This document shows positions 39,620 to 47,861 of a stretch of 64,000 nt of DNA, in pieces. Position 1 is the first letter of the stretch; every line of letters begins with the position of its first letter. Source of the stretch: Vulcanimicrobiota bacterium. GTDB taxonomy: Bacteria > Vulcanimicrobiota > Vulcanimicrobiia > Eremiobacterales > Eremiobacteraceae. The translations under genes were made by a program, and so were the position numbers. The notes beneath the pieces are model-generated. The model did not search any database and was not told the origin of the DNA. It saw only the letters and a list, made by a program, of their open reading frames with translations. Location: contig CAWETU010000001.1 in NCBI GenBank assembly GCA_963812135.1, forward strand, positions 160,001-224,000, written 5' to 3'.

Positions 39620-40360
39620 TTAGCGGCCGAATCGACGCTGGCGGCGTTGGAATTCGGCGACCGCCATTCCGAAGTGATCGCGCGAGAAGTCCGGCCAGCA
39701 CACGTCGGTGACGTAGAGCTCCGTATACGCGCATTGGTAGAGCAAGAAGTTCGAGAGGCGGTACTCGCCGCCGGGCCGGATGAGCAGGTCGGGGTCCGGC
39801 ATTCCCTTAGTATAAAGGTAGGCGCCCAGCGTCTGCTCGTCGATGGTATCCGCGTCCAGCACGCCGCTGCGGACGTCGCCTGCGAGCGCGTGCACGGCAT
39901 CGCGCAGCTCGGTACGCGCACTATAGTTGACTGCGATGTTGAGCACGGTGCCGTCGTTCGCGGCTGTCTTCTCCATCAGGTTCTCGAGCGCGCGGCGCGG
40001 CCGCTCCGGCAACGCCTCATACTTGCCGATCACCTGTACCCGCACGTTGTCGCGACGCAGCCCTTCGAGCTCTTGATACGCGAACGCGCAGCACAGGTCG
40101 AATAAGACCGAGATCTCGGTCCATGGCCGCGACCAGTTCTCTTCCGAAAAGCCGTAGACGGTGAGCATGCCGACGCCGTAGTCGCGGCAGGCGCGCACCG
40201 TTTCCCGCAGCGTGGCGATGCCGCGCCGATAGCCTTCGGCGACGGGCAGGTTGTGCTCGCGCGCCCAGCGCCGGTTGCCGTCCATGATGATGGCGATATG
40301 CGCGGGGATCGGCGCATCGGCGAGTTCGATCAGTGTTGGTTTGGGTTTGCTCGAGATCAT
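39620..40360 (-). CDS. uppS: Cis-prenyltransferase (undecaprenyl diphosphate synthase)
   Basis: HIAIIMDGNRRWA, FS.ENW.RP, PDLLIR.GGE.RLSNFLL.Q, RRFG. Confidence 0.95.
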   Translation of the reverse strand: MISSKPKPTLIELADAPIPAHIAIIMDGNRRWAREHNLPVAEGYRRGIATLRETVRACRDYGVGMLTVYGFSEENWSRPWTEISVLFDLCCAFAYQELEGLRRDNVRVQVIGKYEALPERPRRALENLMEKTAANDGTVLNIAVNYSARTELRDAVHALAGDVRSGVLDADTIDEQTLGAYLYTKGMPDPDLLIRPGGEYRLSNFLLYQCAYTELYVTDVCWPDFSRDHFGMAVAEFQRRQRRFGR

Positions 40361-40402
40361 CGTGAGGACCTGACGTGCCTTTCGGTTGAGCGTGAGCGCA
40401 TT

Positions 40403-40825
40403 TTAGGTGGTCGCCAGCCGCGCTGCGGAGCGGCCTTCCGCGTTCGCGTGGCTTTGCGCTTTGGCGTGCACTTCGCGGACGACGGACTCGAGTTCGTCGA
40501 TGTACGAGAGAAAACGCGTGCGGCCGGCGTTGGTGATGCGGCAGATCGTGGTCGGGCGGCCATGGCCGCTCTCTTTGGTGATGGTGACCACGCCCATGTC
40601 GGCGAGCGCCGTCAGGTGCCGGCTCAGGTTGCCGTCGGTGAGACCGCACGCGTCCTGAAGATCGGTGAAGCTCAAACCTTCGGGGTGCGCCACCAGACAC
40701 GTGCACACCGCGAGCCTGCCGCGCTCGTGGAAGATGCGTTGCAGTCCGGCATAGGCATACGGCGCCTCGCGCGTGCCGGTACGCACCGGTTTCTTGGCGC
40801 TCTTGCGAGCGTTTGTTGAGTTCAT
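40403..40825 (-). CDS. Winged-helix transcriptional regulator (HTH_34/ArsR-MarR-like)
   Basis: FHE..RL, F..L....LTDGNLSRHL..L, RP.T....T..GR..F..Y. Confidence 0.9.
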   Translation of the reverse strand: MNSTNARKSAKKPVRTGTREAPYAYAGLQRIFHERGRLAVCTCLVAHPEGLSFTDLQDACGLTDGNLSRHLTALADMGVVTITKESGHGRPTTICRITNAGRTRFLSYIDELESVVREVHAKAQSHANAEGRSAARLATT

Positions 40826-41457
40826 GAGGAAGTCTCCGAGAGAGCGCCGCTCTGTTCCACGCCCTCAAGCGCGATGAGCCAAGCGATCCAGAATTGTCCG
40901 ATAGCGAAGCCGAGAGCCATCACCCACCACGCCAGCGCGGGCCATTGATTGGGCATGAGCAGCAACGCGGCGCCGACGAGTCCGAACATCGCCGAGACCG
41001 GCAACACTCCTTTGGGCAGATGCGTGCGCGAGGCGAAGAGGCCAAGACCGTAACATGAGAACCAGATGCCGGGCAGCATCGCGGGCACGCCTTGCAGGTA
41101 CACCGCAAGACTCAGCACCGCGCCCAGAGCAAGCGCAGGCAGAATGCTCAAGCTGACTGTCTTCGATTGATACCGCGCCTGGCGCCCGTTGTTACGCAAG
41201 TACCAGCCGAGCAGGTTTCCATAGTAGACGGCGAGCGCGGCAGCGAGGCAGCAGAGCCAGATGGCGACATATGCCCGCACGTCCGATGTCGAGCTCGGGT
41301 GCGGCACGATCCGCGATTGCACCAGTCCGCCCGCGAGCGCGATGCCGCCGCTCAGCGCGGCGACGCGGCTCGAATAGCCGCGGAAACGCTGCACGCTTGC
41401 TAGGCGGTCCCGGACCTCGGTAAGATCCGCTAAGGCGCGCTCGACCTCGACGTTCAT
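40822..41457 (-). CDS. Multi-TM membrane protein co-transcribed with the regulator
   Basis: About 6 TM segments; 'AL.DL..VR' N-terminus; stop overlaps the regulator start. Confidence 0.8.
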   Translation of the reverse strand: MNVEVERALADLTEVRDRLASVQRFRGYSSRVAALSGGIALAGGLVQSRIVPHPSSTSDVRAYVAIWLCCLAAALAVYYGNLLGWYLRNNGRQARYQSKTVSLSILPALALGAVLSLAVYLQGVPAMLPGIWFSCYGLGLFASRTHLPKGVLPVSAMFGLVGAALLLMPNQWPALAWWVMALGFAIGQFWIAWLIALEGVEQSGALSETSS

Positions 41458-41464
41458 GCTTTAT

Positions 41465-41481
41465 ACTTTGTACCACAAAGT
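41465..41481. promoter_or_regulatory. Palindromic operator ACTTTGT-N3-ACAAAGT
   Basis: Perfect 7-bp inverted repeat 7 nt upstream of the ATG of the membrane protein-regulator-uppS operon. Confidence 0.7.
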
Positions 41482-41516
41482 GATGGAGAATGCAACGGGC
41501 AAAGGACCCAGGACGA

Positions 41517-42698
41517 TCACCCCGAGTGATGCTCGCAACTGGACGCCGGGGAGTGCTCGTCCTGCGGTTTTGAGCGGGCCGCCCACCACAGCAGCCCGAG
41601 GACCAAGGCGGCGAACACGATATTGAGGACGGTCGTGTAATTCAGGCTGATCTGCTCGACCTCCATGAGCAGGTTGCTCGTCATCTGCGGGATGTGCCCG
41701 CTCCACGCGAAGAGCAGCTCGACGATGAGACCCGCGACGACCATCGCGAGATAGAACACGCCTGTCATCGAGAGCGCGAGCTTCCAGCCGTAGTACTTTC
41801 GGTAGATATCGATGAGCGGCAAGACGATGAGATCGGCGTATAAGAACGCGACGACGCCGCCGAAGCTCGAGCCGCCCTGCCACAAGACGGCGGCCAGCGG
41901 TACGTTGCCGATCGAGCAGACGAAACTCAGGACCGCGATGATCGGGCCGACGAGCGCGTTCTCGAGCGTGCGCCACAATGGCGGCGCGCTCGTGATGAAG
42001 AGATGCTGCCACCACGTGTTGGGCACCGCCACCGCCAGGAAGCCGGCGATCACGAATCCGAGGATCAGGTCGTTCTGCAGCATCGACCAATCCATGCGGA
42101 AATAGTGCGCGACGTAACGCCAGCCTATCGGAGATCGCAATTTTTCGAGCAGCGTCGCGCCTGGCGCGATCATATCGCCGTGATCGTGCTCGTGCGGCCC
42201 CCCGTCAGTCGCCTCCACATGTGCTCGGCCTTCTTCGATCAGACGCGGTGGTATCAGCAGCCGGGCCAACACGACGAAGACGGCGATCAGAACGAGGCCG
42301 CCGATCCATTCCGCGATCACGAACGGCCAGCCCATGAGGCGCCACAGGACAAGCCCAAGTTCGATCACCAGATTCGTCGAGGCGAACATGAAGACCATCG
42401 CGGTGGTGAACGCCGCGCCGCGTTTGAAAAGCGATTTGGCGGTCGCGGCCGCAGCGTAGCTGCACGACGAGCTGGCCGCCCCCAAGACCGTCGCAAGCCC
42501 GATTTCGCGCAATCCCACCTTGCCGAGCGCGTGGCTCAGACCATCCTTGGGGACATACGCTTGGATCATCGCTGAGATGAGAAAGCCGAGCAGCAGCGAC
42601 CATATGACGGTCCAGAACATCGCCGCCGACGCGAGCGCCCAGTGCCAGGCGAAAAGGCCCAGCCCCGCAAGAGTGATGGCTGCAAGGACGGTCGACAT
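41517..42698 (-). CDS. Permease (ArsP/DUF318 family), probable metal transporter
   Basis: SSSCSY and FVCSIGNVP motifs; His-rich loop HEHDHG; C-terminal CEHH. Confidence 0.88.
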   Translation of the reverse strand: MSTVLAAITLAGLGLFAWHWALASAAMFWTVIWSLLLGFLISAMIQAYVPKDGLSHALGKVGLREIGLATVLGAASSSCSYAAAATAKSLFKRGAAFTTAMVFMFASTNLVIELGLVLWRLMGWPFVIAEWIGGLVLIAVFVVLARLLIPPRLIEEGRAHVEATDGGPHEHDHGDMIAPGATLLEKLRSPIGWRYVAHYFRMDWSMLQNDLILGFVIAGFLAVAVPNTWWQHLFITSAPPLWRTLENALVGPIIAVLSFVCSIGNVPLAAVLWQGGSSFGGVVAFLYADLIVLPLIDIYRKYYGWKLALSMTGVFYLAMVVAGLIVELLFAWSGHIPQMTSNLLMEVEQISLNYTTVLNIVFAALVLGLLWWAARSKPQDEHSPASSCEHHSG

Positions 42699-42906
42699 TT
42701 GGCTAGCGGCTGCCCTTTCGGTGCGTCGAAATGCTGGCCACGTGCACGGTCAAACGCGCGTGGCCGCGTCGTATATTTGGAGGGAAGTGGCTTTCTGGAC
42801 GACGCTTGCTCAACCCGCTGGCGCGTCCGGTTTCGCGCGAGCGAGGGCAGTGCCGTCGTTGTGCGGAAAGTCGTTCGTAGGCTGAGCTGATAGGAGAGAG
42901 CACGGA

Positions 42907-43881
42907 ATGGACCTCGACAAGCTGATCATCTACCGCGGTGGCGAGTTCGTACCGTACGCCGACACGAAGGTCGGCGTCCTTGCGCACGGGCTCAACTATG
43001 GTACCGGATGTTTCGAGGGCATCCGCGGCTACTGGAACGCCAAGGCCGGACAACTCTATTTCTTCAGATTGCTCGAGCACTACGAGCGCCTCGCGTCCTC
43101 TGCCAAACTGCTGTTGATGGATCTGCCAGAGTCGCCCGAACGGTTGTGCGCGCGCACGGCCGAGCTTGCGCGCCTCAATAACTTCCGGCAGGATCTCTAC
43201 GTCCGGCCGCTGGCCTATAAGAGCGCCGAAGAGATCGGCGTCCGGCTCCACAACGTCTCGCACGAATTCACGATCACGGCCGTCCCTCACAAAGCCTACT
43301 TCGATTCATCGATGGGCCTGCGGGCTTGCATCTCATCGTGGCGGCGCATCGACGACAACGTGGCGCCGGCGCGCGCCAAGCTCACCGGCGTCTACGTCAA
43401 TTCGGCGCTTGCCAAGACCGAAGCAGTCTCGAACGGCTTCGACGAGGCCATCATGCTCAATAAGGAAGGCCACGTCGCCGAGGGCAGCGCGCAGAACATC
43501 ATGATCGTGCGCAACGGAACGGTGATCACGCCGCCGGTGAGCGACGGGATCCTCGAGGGCATCACCAGACGCACTATTATTGAACTATGCCAAAAGGATC
43601 TCAACGTCGAAGTCGTCGAGCGAAGCATCGATCGCAGCGAGCTTTATGTCGCGGATGAGGTGTTTTTGGTAGGGACAGCCGTCGAAGTGACTCCGGTGAT
43701 CGAGGTTGACCACCGCCCGGTCGGCAGTGGCAAGGTCGGCCCGAAGGCTACGAAGCTCCGCGAGATGTACCGCAAAGCCACTGTTGGCGAGCTTTCCGGC
43801 TACCGCCATTGGCTGACCCCAACCTACGATGTCGGCAATAGCGCCAAAATCCACCAGGCGGAAAGAGCGGCAGCTTCCTAG
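42907..43881 (+). CDS. ilvE: Branched-chain amino acid aminotransferase
   Basis: LNYG.G.FEG, AK..G.YVNS, EG...N, LEGITR, GTA.E.TP; SD AGGAG. Confidence 0.95.
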   Translation: MDLDKLIIYRGGEFVPYADTKVGVLAHGLNYGTGCFEGIRGYWNAKAGQLYFFRLLEHYERLASSAKLLLMDLPESPERLCARTAELARLNNFRQDLYVRPLAYKSAEEIGVRLHNVSHEFTITAVPHKAYFDSSMGLRACISSWRRIDDNVAPARAKLTGVYVNSALAKTEAVSNGFDEAIMLNKEGHVAEGSAQNIMIVRNGTVITPPVSDGILEGITRRTIIELCQKDLNVEVVERSIDRSELYVADEVFLVGTAVEVTPVIEVDHRPVGSGKVGPKATKLREMYRKATVGELSGYRHWLTPTYDVGNSAKIHQAERAAAS

Positions 43882-43899
43882 TTTCTTCCCAGAACGTTC

Positions 43900-43949
43900 T
43901 TGCGGGAGCTTGTTTGCCCCACCTATAATGAAATGTGAGCAGCGTCACG
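43900..43949 (+). promoter_or_regulatory. Sigma70-like promoter with downstream CRP/FNR-like box
   Basis: TTGCGG-N18-TATAAT (43900-43929), then TGTGA-N6-TCACG (43934-43949). Confidence 0.5.
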
Positions 43950-44181
43950 TCTAAACGCTGTAACAAACGATATCAATTGTTAGTCGCGGTCACTCTTGCG
44001 AAACTGTTTGGCAGAACATATCCAAGACGCGATTTGAATGGTATCGTCGGAACACTTGGGGGGCTGATTCCACATCTTGAGCTTTAGAGAGTCGTAGAAA
44101 ATGCGACCGCACCGCCTGGCAGAGGCGGTGCGATCTAAGGCGTTGTGGCGTCCTCTCCGAGTTCGCAGCTGGAGGCTAACC

Positions 44182-44358
44182 ATGCACGAGCTAGGTGGAT
44201 TCCCTCACGCCTTTTCTTTACACATCGGCTTCTATCTGAGCCAACTCGCTGGTTGGGCACATGAGCTTGAGACGTTGATCACAGCAGGGCCAGCGCACAC
44301 TGCTGAGACTCTCATTACAGCCAACGTGCACACCGCCGAAACGCTGATCACGCAGTAG
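44182..44358 (+). CDS. 58-aa putative signalling/precursor peptide with three H-x-x-ETLIT repeats
   Basis: SD GGAGG 6 nt before ATG; MHELGGFPHAFSLHIGFYLSQLAGWAHELETLITAGPAHTAETLITANVHTAETLITQ; repeats differ at synonymous sites. Confidence 0.8.
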   Translation: MHELGGFPHAFSLHIGFYLSQLAGWAHELETLITAGPAHTAETLITANVHTAETLITQ

Positions 44359-44373
44359 CGACATCGGATTAGC

Positions 44374-45696
44374 CTACGCGATCTCGCGGCACAGCAAGTC
44401 GACAAGAGCTGGGTCGTATTGGACCCCGGCGCGTGCCGCGATGGTGCTTAGAGCTTCTTGTTTGCCAAGAGCCCTAGCGTTGTTATGTCCAGTCAGAAGT
44501 TGTAGGTAGTCGCGGGCGATCGCGATTATGCGCGAAGGCGCGGGGATGCGTGAACCCCGCATTCCATGCGGGTACCCACTGCCGTCGAACGCCTCGCACT
44601 GGTGCTCAACCGCGTAAGAAACATCCTCAGGAATAATCTTGGTAGCCTTGCGTAGGACCTGTGCTCCTAGCATAGGATAACGCAGGGCTTCGCTTTGCTG
44701 GGCCGGCGTTAGATTGACGCCTCCACGCACTTCGGGTCCTAGCTTGCATTTGCCGATCTCGTGGAACTCCGCTGCCCACCCAAGGCTCTCCAATTCAGTT
44801 TTGGACATCTGTATTTTCCGACCGATTTGCATGGCAAGATAGCGTACGTCGCCTGCAAATTGTGCGTCTTCGGGACTCATGAGACCGACGAATTCGCGAA
44901 TCATCTCGTGGAACTGGTTCGCCACGAACTCACGCTCGTCACGGGCTTCAACTGCTTGAATAATACGCTCGAACATTCTCGTATGGGCTACGACGTAGTA
45001 AAAGACGATGGCGCCAAGAATCCCGCCGAACGTGTACATTCCGGCTAAGAGATACGCCCATAGCGCTGCAACGAATCCGGCTCTCCAGTACCGCACAAAC
45101 GAAGCAGGCTGCCCGAGAATCGCGAATCCGGTGATCACGAGCCCGTTGTTTACAGTCTGCCAGACCATCCCAATGCCGACGATCCCGACGAACACCAGGA
45201 TAGTGGAAAGAAAATGAGGCGCGTGAGGAATGATTGCCGACACCGCGGAGTAGCTGTAGATCATCGCGTAGATCGCGAGCACTGTGATCCCAAGTTGCCC
45301 GGCCAATGCGTTCACAGCCGCTCCAAGCGGACGGCCTGCCTCCCTCAATCGGACGTGAACCGCACTGAGGCCTATGATCCCTAATGGTAGAGCCCACCAG
45401 CCGATGGTAGCCGCAGCGGCCGCCAGAATCGCAGCGACGGGAGCGTGGACCGCCCGGAAGCTCTCTTGCGGGCGTTCATTTAGCGCGAGAAAAACAGCGA
45501 CGACGGCAACAGTAAAGAGCGTCATTGGCGAAAAGAAATCGAAGTGCGGCGGAGCTACCTTAAGCAGCACCGCGCCAGCCCCTAACAACGCCCAGTAATA
45601 GGCTGCTTTGACTCCCTGGCGCCACGCGACTACGTCTCGTGTTTGAACGCCAGCTGTGCCGATCCGATCGAGTTGCGCCTGCCCTGCCATGGCCAT
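44374..45696 (-). CDS. Multi-TM membrane protein with degenerate HD-GYP domain
   Basis: About 7-8 TM segments, then FHEIGK, HQCEAFDGSGYP, IP..SRIIAIA, G.QYDP. Start uncertain (45690/45696/45750). Confidence 0.85.
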   Translation of the reverse strand: MAMAGQAQLDRIGTAGVQTRDVVAWRQGVKAAYYWALLGAGAVLLKVAPPHFDFFSPMTLFTVAVVAVFLALNERPQESFRAVHAPVAAILAAAAATIGWWALPLGIIGLSAVHVRLREAGRPLGAAVNALAGQLGITVLAIYAMIYSYSAVSAIIPHAPHFLSTILVFVGIVGIGMVWQTVNNGLVITGFAILGQPASFVRYWRAGFVAALWAYLLAGMYTFGGILGAIVFYYVVAHTRMFERIIQAVEARDEREFVANQFHEMIREFVGLMSPEDAQFAGDVRYLAMQIGRKIQMSKTELESLGWAAEFHEIGKCKLGPEVRGGVNLTPAQQSEALRYPMLGAQVLRKATKIIPEDVSYAVEHQCEAFDGSGYPHGMRGSRIPAPSRIIAIARDYLQLLTGHNNARALGKQEALSTIAARAGVQYDPALVDLLCREIA

Positions 45697-45796
45697 GACG
45701 CTCACCAGAACCTTTCGTCGGTACGCTACGCCCGGATAACGAACGGTCACACGAACGTTAAATGGGCTCGCGACCCTGTGTATAGTTTATCGAACA

Positions 45797-45854
45797 TGTG
45801 ACCCGCGTCCCCGCATGATTGTGACGCGGCTAACACAGTATGACGCAAGTCACG
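45797..45854. promoter_or_regulatory. Tandem CRP/FNR-like boxes upstream of the HD-GYP gene
   Basis: TGTGA-N6-TAACA (45820-45835), TATGA-N6-TCACG (45839-45854) and a weaker TGTGA-N6-TCCCC (45797-45812). Confidence 0.45.
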
Positions 45855-45887
45855 CACATATGTTCGACGAACGGACTTTGTGTATAA

Positions 45888-46865
45888 CTAATTTGAGGGT
45901 GAAGGGTCGGGGCTCGCCATCAGGTCATCAGGGCTCGAGGTCGGCTGGGCTTGAGGAGCCGCATCAGTTTCCGCAGCGAGGAAAGTGTCGTAGGTGGCCT
46001 TCGAGGCGCGCCGGATGAAACGGGCCCCGTCATCGAGGTCCTCGAGGTGGGTCGTGATCACGCAGATGATGTAGGGCGACCCCTCGAGGTTGACAATGCC
46101 GACGTCGTTGAGCGTGTCGTGCAGCGTCCCCGTCTTGTGTTCCACGACGACGCCCCTGGGGAGCGGCTTCGGCAGCAGATCGTTATGCCGCTGGCCGGCC
46201 AAGATCGAAAGCATCAGGTCGCTCGCGGTTTCATTCACCAGCCTGCGTGCGGCGATCATGGAGAGCAGCCGCATCATATCGTTGGTGCTCGTGCGCAGCG
46301 TCCGAATGCTGCGATCGGACGCGTGAATGCTGTCGCCGAGCCGCGTCTGCGTTAACCCAAGCCCGTCCATCGTCGCGTTGATGTTCTGCCGACCGACCAG
46401 CCGGATCAGCATATTCGTCGCGGTGTTGTCGCTGTTCGCGATCATGATACGGACGAGGTTGAGGACCGAGAAGCGCATGCCGGCGTCCATGTCGCACAAC
46501 GCGCCATATCCGCAGTCTCTATCTTGCGGCAACAGCGTCACCTGGCGTTCGAGCCCGAAACGGCCGAGCCATACTTGACGCATGACCTCGACCATCACCG
46601 CGAGTTTGATGACGCTCGCAGCCGGTAGGTTCTCATCGCCGTTGATGTCGATCGGCGTCTGGCCGTCCGCGTCAGAGACAGTGATTGCCACTAATCCGGG
46701 GGTGTCATTCGCGAGGCGACGCAATTGCGGTTCGAGCACATGCAGGCGCACTTCGAGCGCGGTCCGCGGTGAACCAACGACCTGCAGATCTGAACCGGTC
46801 GACGCACTGCTGACGGCAGCAACCAGTGCCGCCGCGATAAGCACTGCCAAGAATGCGAAACGCAT
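45888..46865 (-). CDS. Class A beta-lactamase-related serine hydrolase
   Basis: Signal peptide; SVIK, SDN and KTG motifs. Confidence 0.9.
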   Translation of the reverse strand: MRFAFLAVLIAAALVAAVSSASTGSDLQVVGSPRTALEVRLHVLEPQLRRLANDTPGLVAITVSDADGQTPIDINGDENLPAASVIKLAVMVEVMRQVWLGRFGLERQVTLLPQDRDCGYGALCDMDAGMRFSVLNLVRIMIANSDNTATNMLIRLVGRQNINATMDGLGLTQTRLGDSIHASDRSIRTLRTSTNDMMRLLSMIAARRLVNETASDLMLSILAGQRHNDLLPKPLPRGVVVEHKTGTLHDTLNDVGIVNLEGSPYIICVITTHLEDLDDGARFIRRASKATYDTFLAAETDAAPQAQPTSSPDDLMASPDPSPSN

Positions 46866-46950
46866 AGCTGTAGACGTGCCTTCCCGCCCCAAAATGTGGC
46901 CGCCTCCGTCCGTGCAAGAATCGAGGCCTACGTCACGAACCGACCAGCCG

Positions 46951-47850
46951 ATGCCCGATGTGGATATTATCGGCGTGCCGATCGATTATGGTGCCGGCCG
47001 TCACGGCGTTCGGCTGGGACCTGACGCGGTGCGCGAGGCCGGCCTCACGGAAAACCTGGAGAAACTCGGCCTCAAAGTCCATGATTGCGGCAATGTCGCC
47101 GTGCCCGAATCCAACGAAACCGCGCCTGGCGGACCGAATAAGCCGCGCCACGCGATGGCGGTGCGCACCGCCGTCGAGCACACGGCCCACGCGGTCGAGC
47201 GGTCGGCACGAGACGGTCGTTTTCCGCTCGTCATCGGCGGCGACCATTCCATGGCCATCGGCGTGCTCTTCGGCCTGGCGCGCGCACTCGGGCCCCAAGG
47301 CGTCATCTGGATCGACGCGCACGCCGACTTGAACACCCCTGCCACCAGCCCGACCGGCAATATCCACGGCATGTCGGTCGCAGCGGCGCTCGGAGAGGCG
47401 CCCGAGCTGTTCCCGCCCGGCCGTTTCCCCGTCCCCTCGGTCGACGTGTCGCGCTGCGTGTTTGTCGGCCTGCGCGATCTTGACCCCGGTGAACGCCGTT
47501 CGTTGCGCGAGCGCGGGTTTACGTGCTTCACGATGAGCGACATCGATCGCCAGGGGATGGGAGACGTGATCGAGCAGGCCATCACGATCGCGAGCCGCGG
47601 GCCGAAAAGCGTGCACGTGAGCCTCGACATCGACTCGCTCGACCCGAGCCTCGCTCCGGGCACCGGCACGCCCGTGCCTGGTGGACTCACCTACCGAGAG
47701 GCGCACCTCGCGATGGAGATGATCGCGTTGAGCGGATGTGCCAACTCGCTCGAAGTCGCCGAGGTCAACCCGGTGCTCGACGAGCACAACCGCACGGCCG
47801 CGATCGCGGTCGAGCTGATCTGCTCGGCCCTCGGCAAGAGCATCCTGTAG
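46951..47850 (+). CDS. rocF: Arginase
   Basis: GGDHS, DAHADLN, S.TGN.HGM, SLDID.LDP..APGTGTP, EVNP. Confidence 0.93.
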   Translation: MPDVDIIGVPIDYGAGRHGVRLGPDAVREAGLTENLEKLGLKVHDCGNVAVPESNETAPGGPNKPRHAMAVRTAVEHTAHAVERSARDGRFPLVIGGDHSMAIGVLFGLARALGPQGVIWIDAHADLNTPATSPTGNIHGMSVAAALGEAPELFPPGRFPVPSVDVSRCVFVGLRDLDPGERRSLRERGFTCFTMSDIDRQGMGDVIEQAITIASRGPKSVHVSLDIDSLDPSLAPGTGTPVPGGLTYREAHLAMEMIALSGCANSLEVAEVNPVLDEHNRTAAIAVELICSALGKSIL

Positions 47851-47861
47851 GAGGAGCGGCG

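Noticed and set aside
43980..44183. 67-aa minus-strand ORF in the island
   Set aside because: No convincing SD or motif; it overlaps the leader and SD of the better-supported peptide gene.
44255..44358. Possible CRISPR or DNA tandem repeat
   Set aside because: The repeats are conserved at amino-acid rather than nucleotide level and have no unique spacers; no cas genes.
45888..46865. Bona fide antibiotic-resistance beta-lactamase
   Set aside because: SxxK, SDN and KTG are present, but the omega-loop E166-x-x-L-N motif is not evident; treated as a related serine hydrolase.
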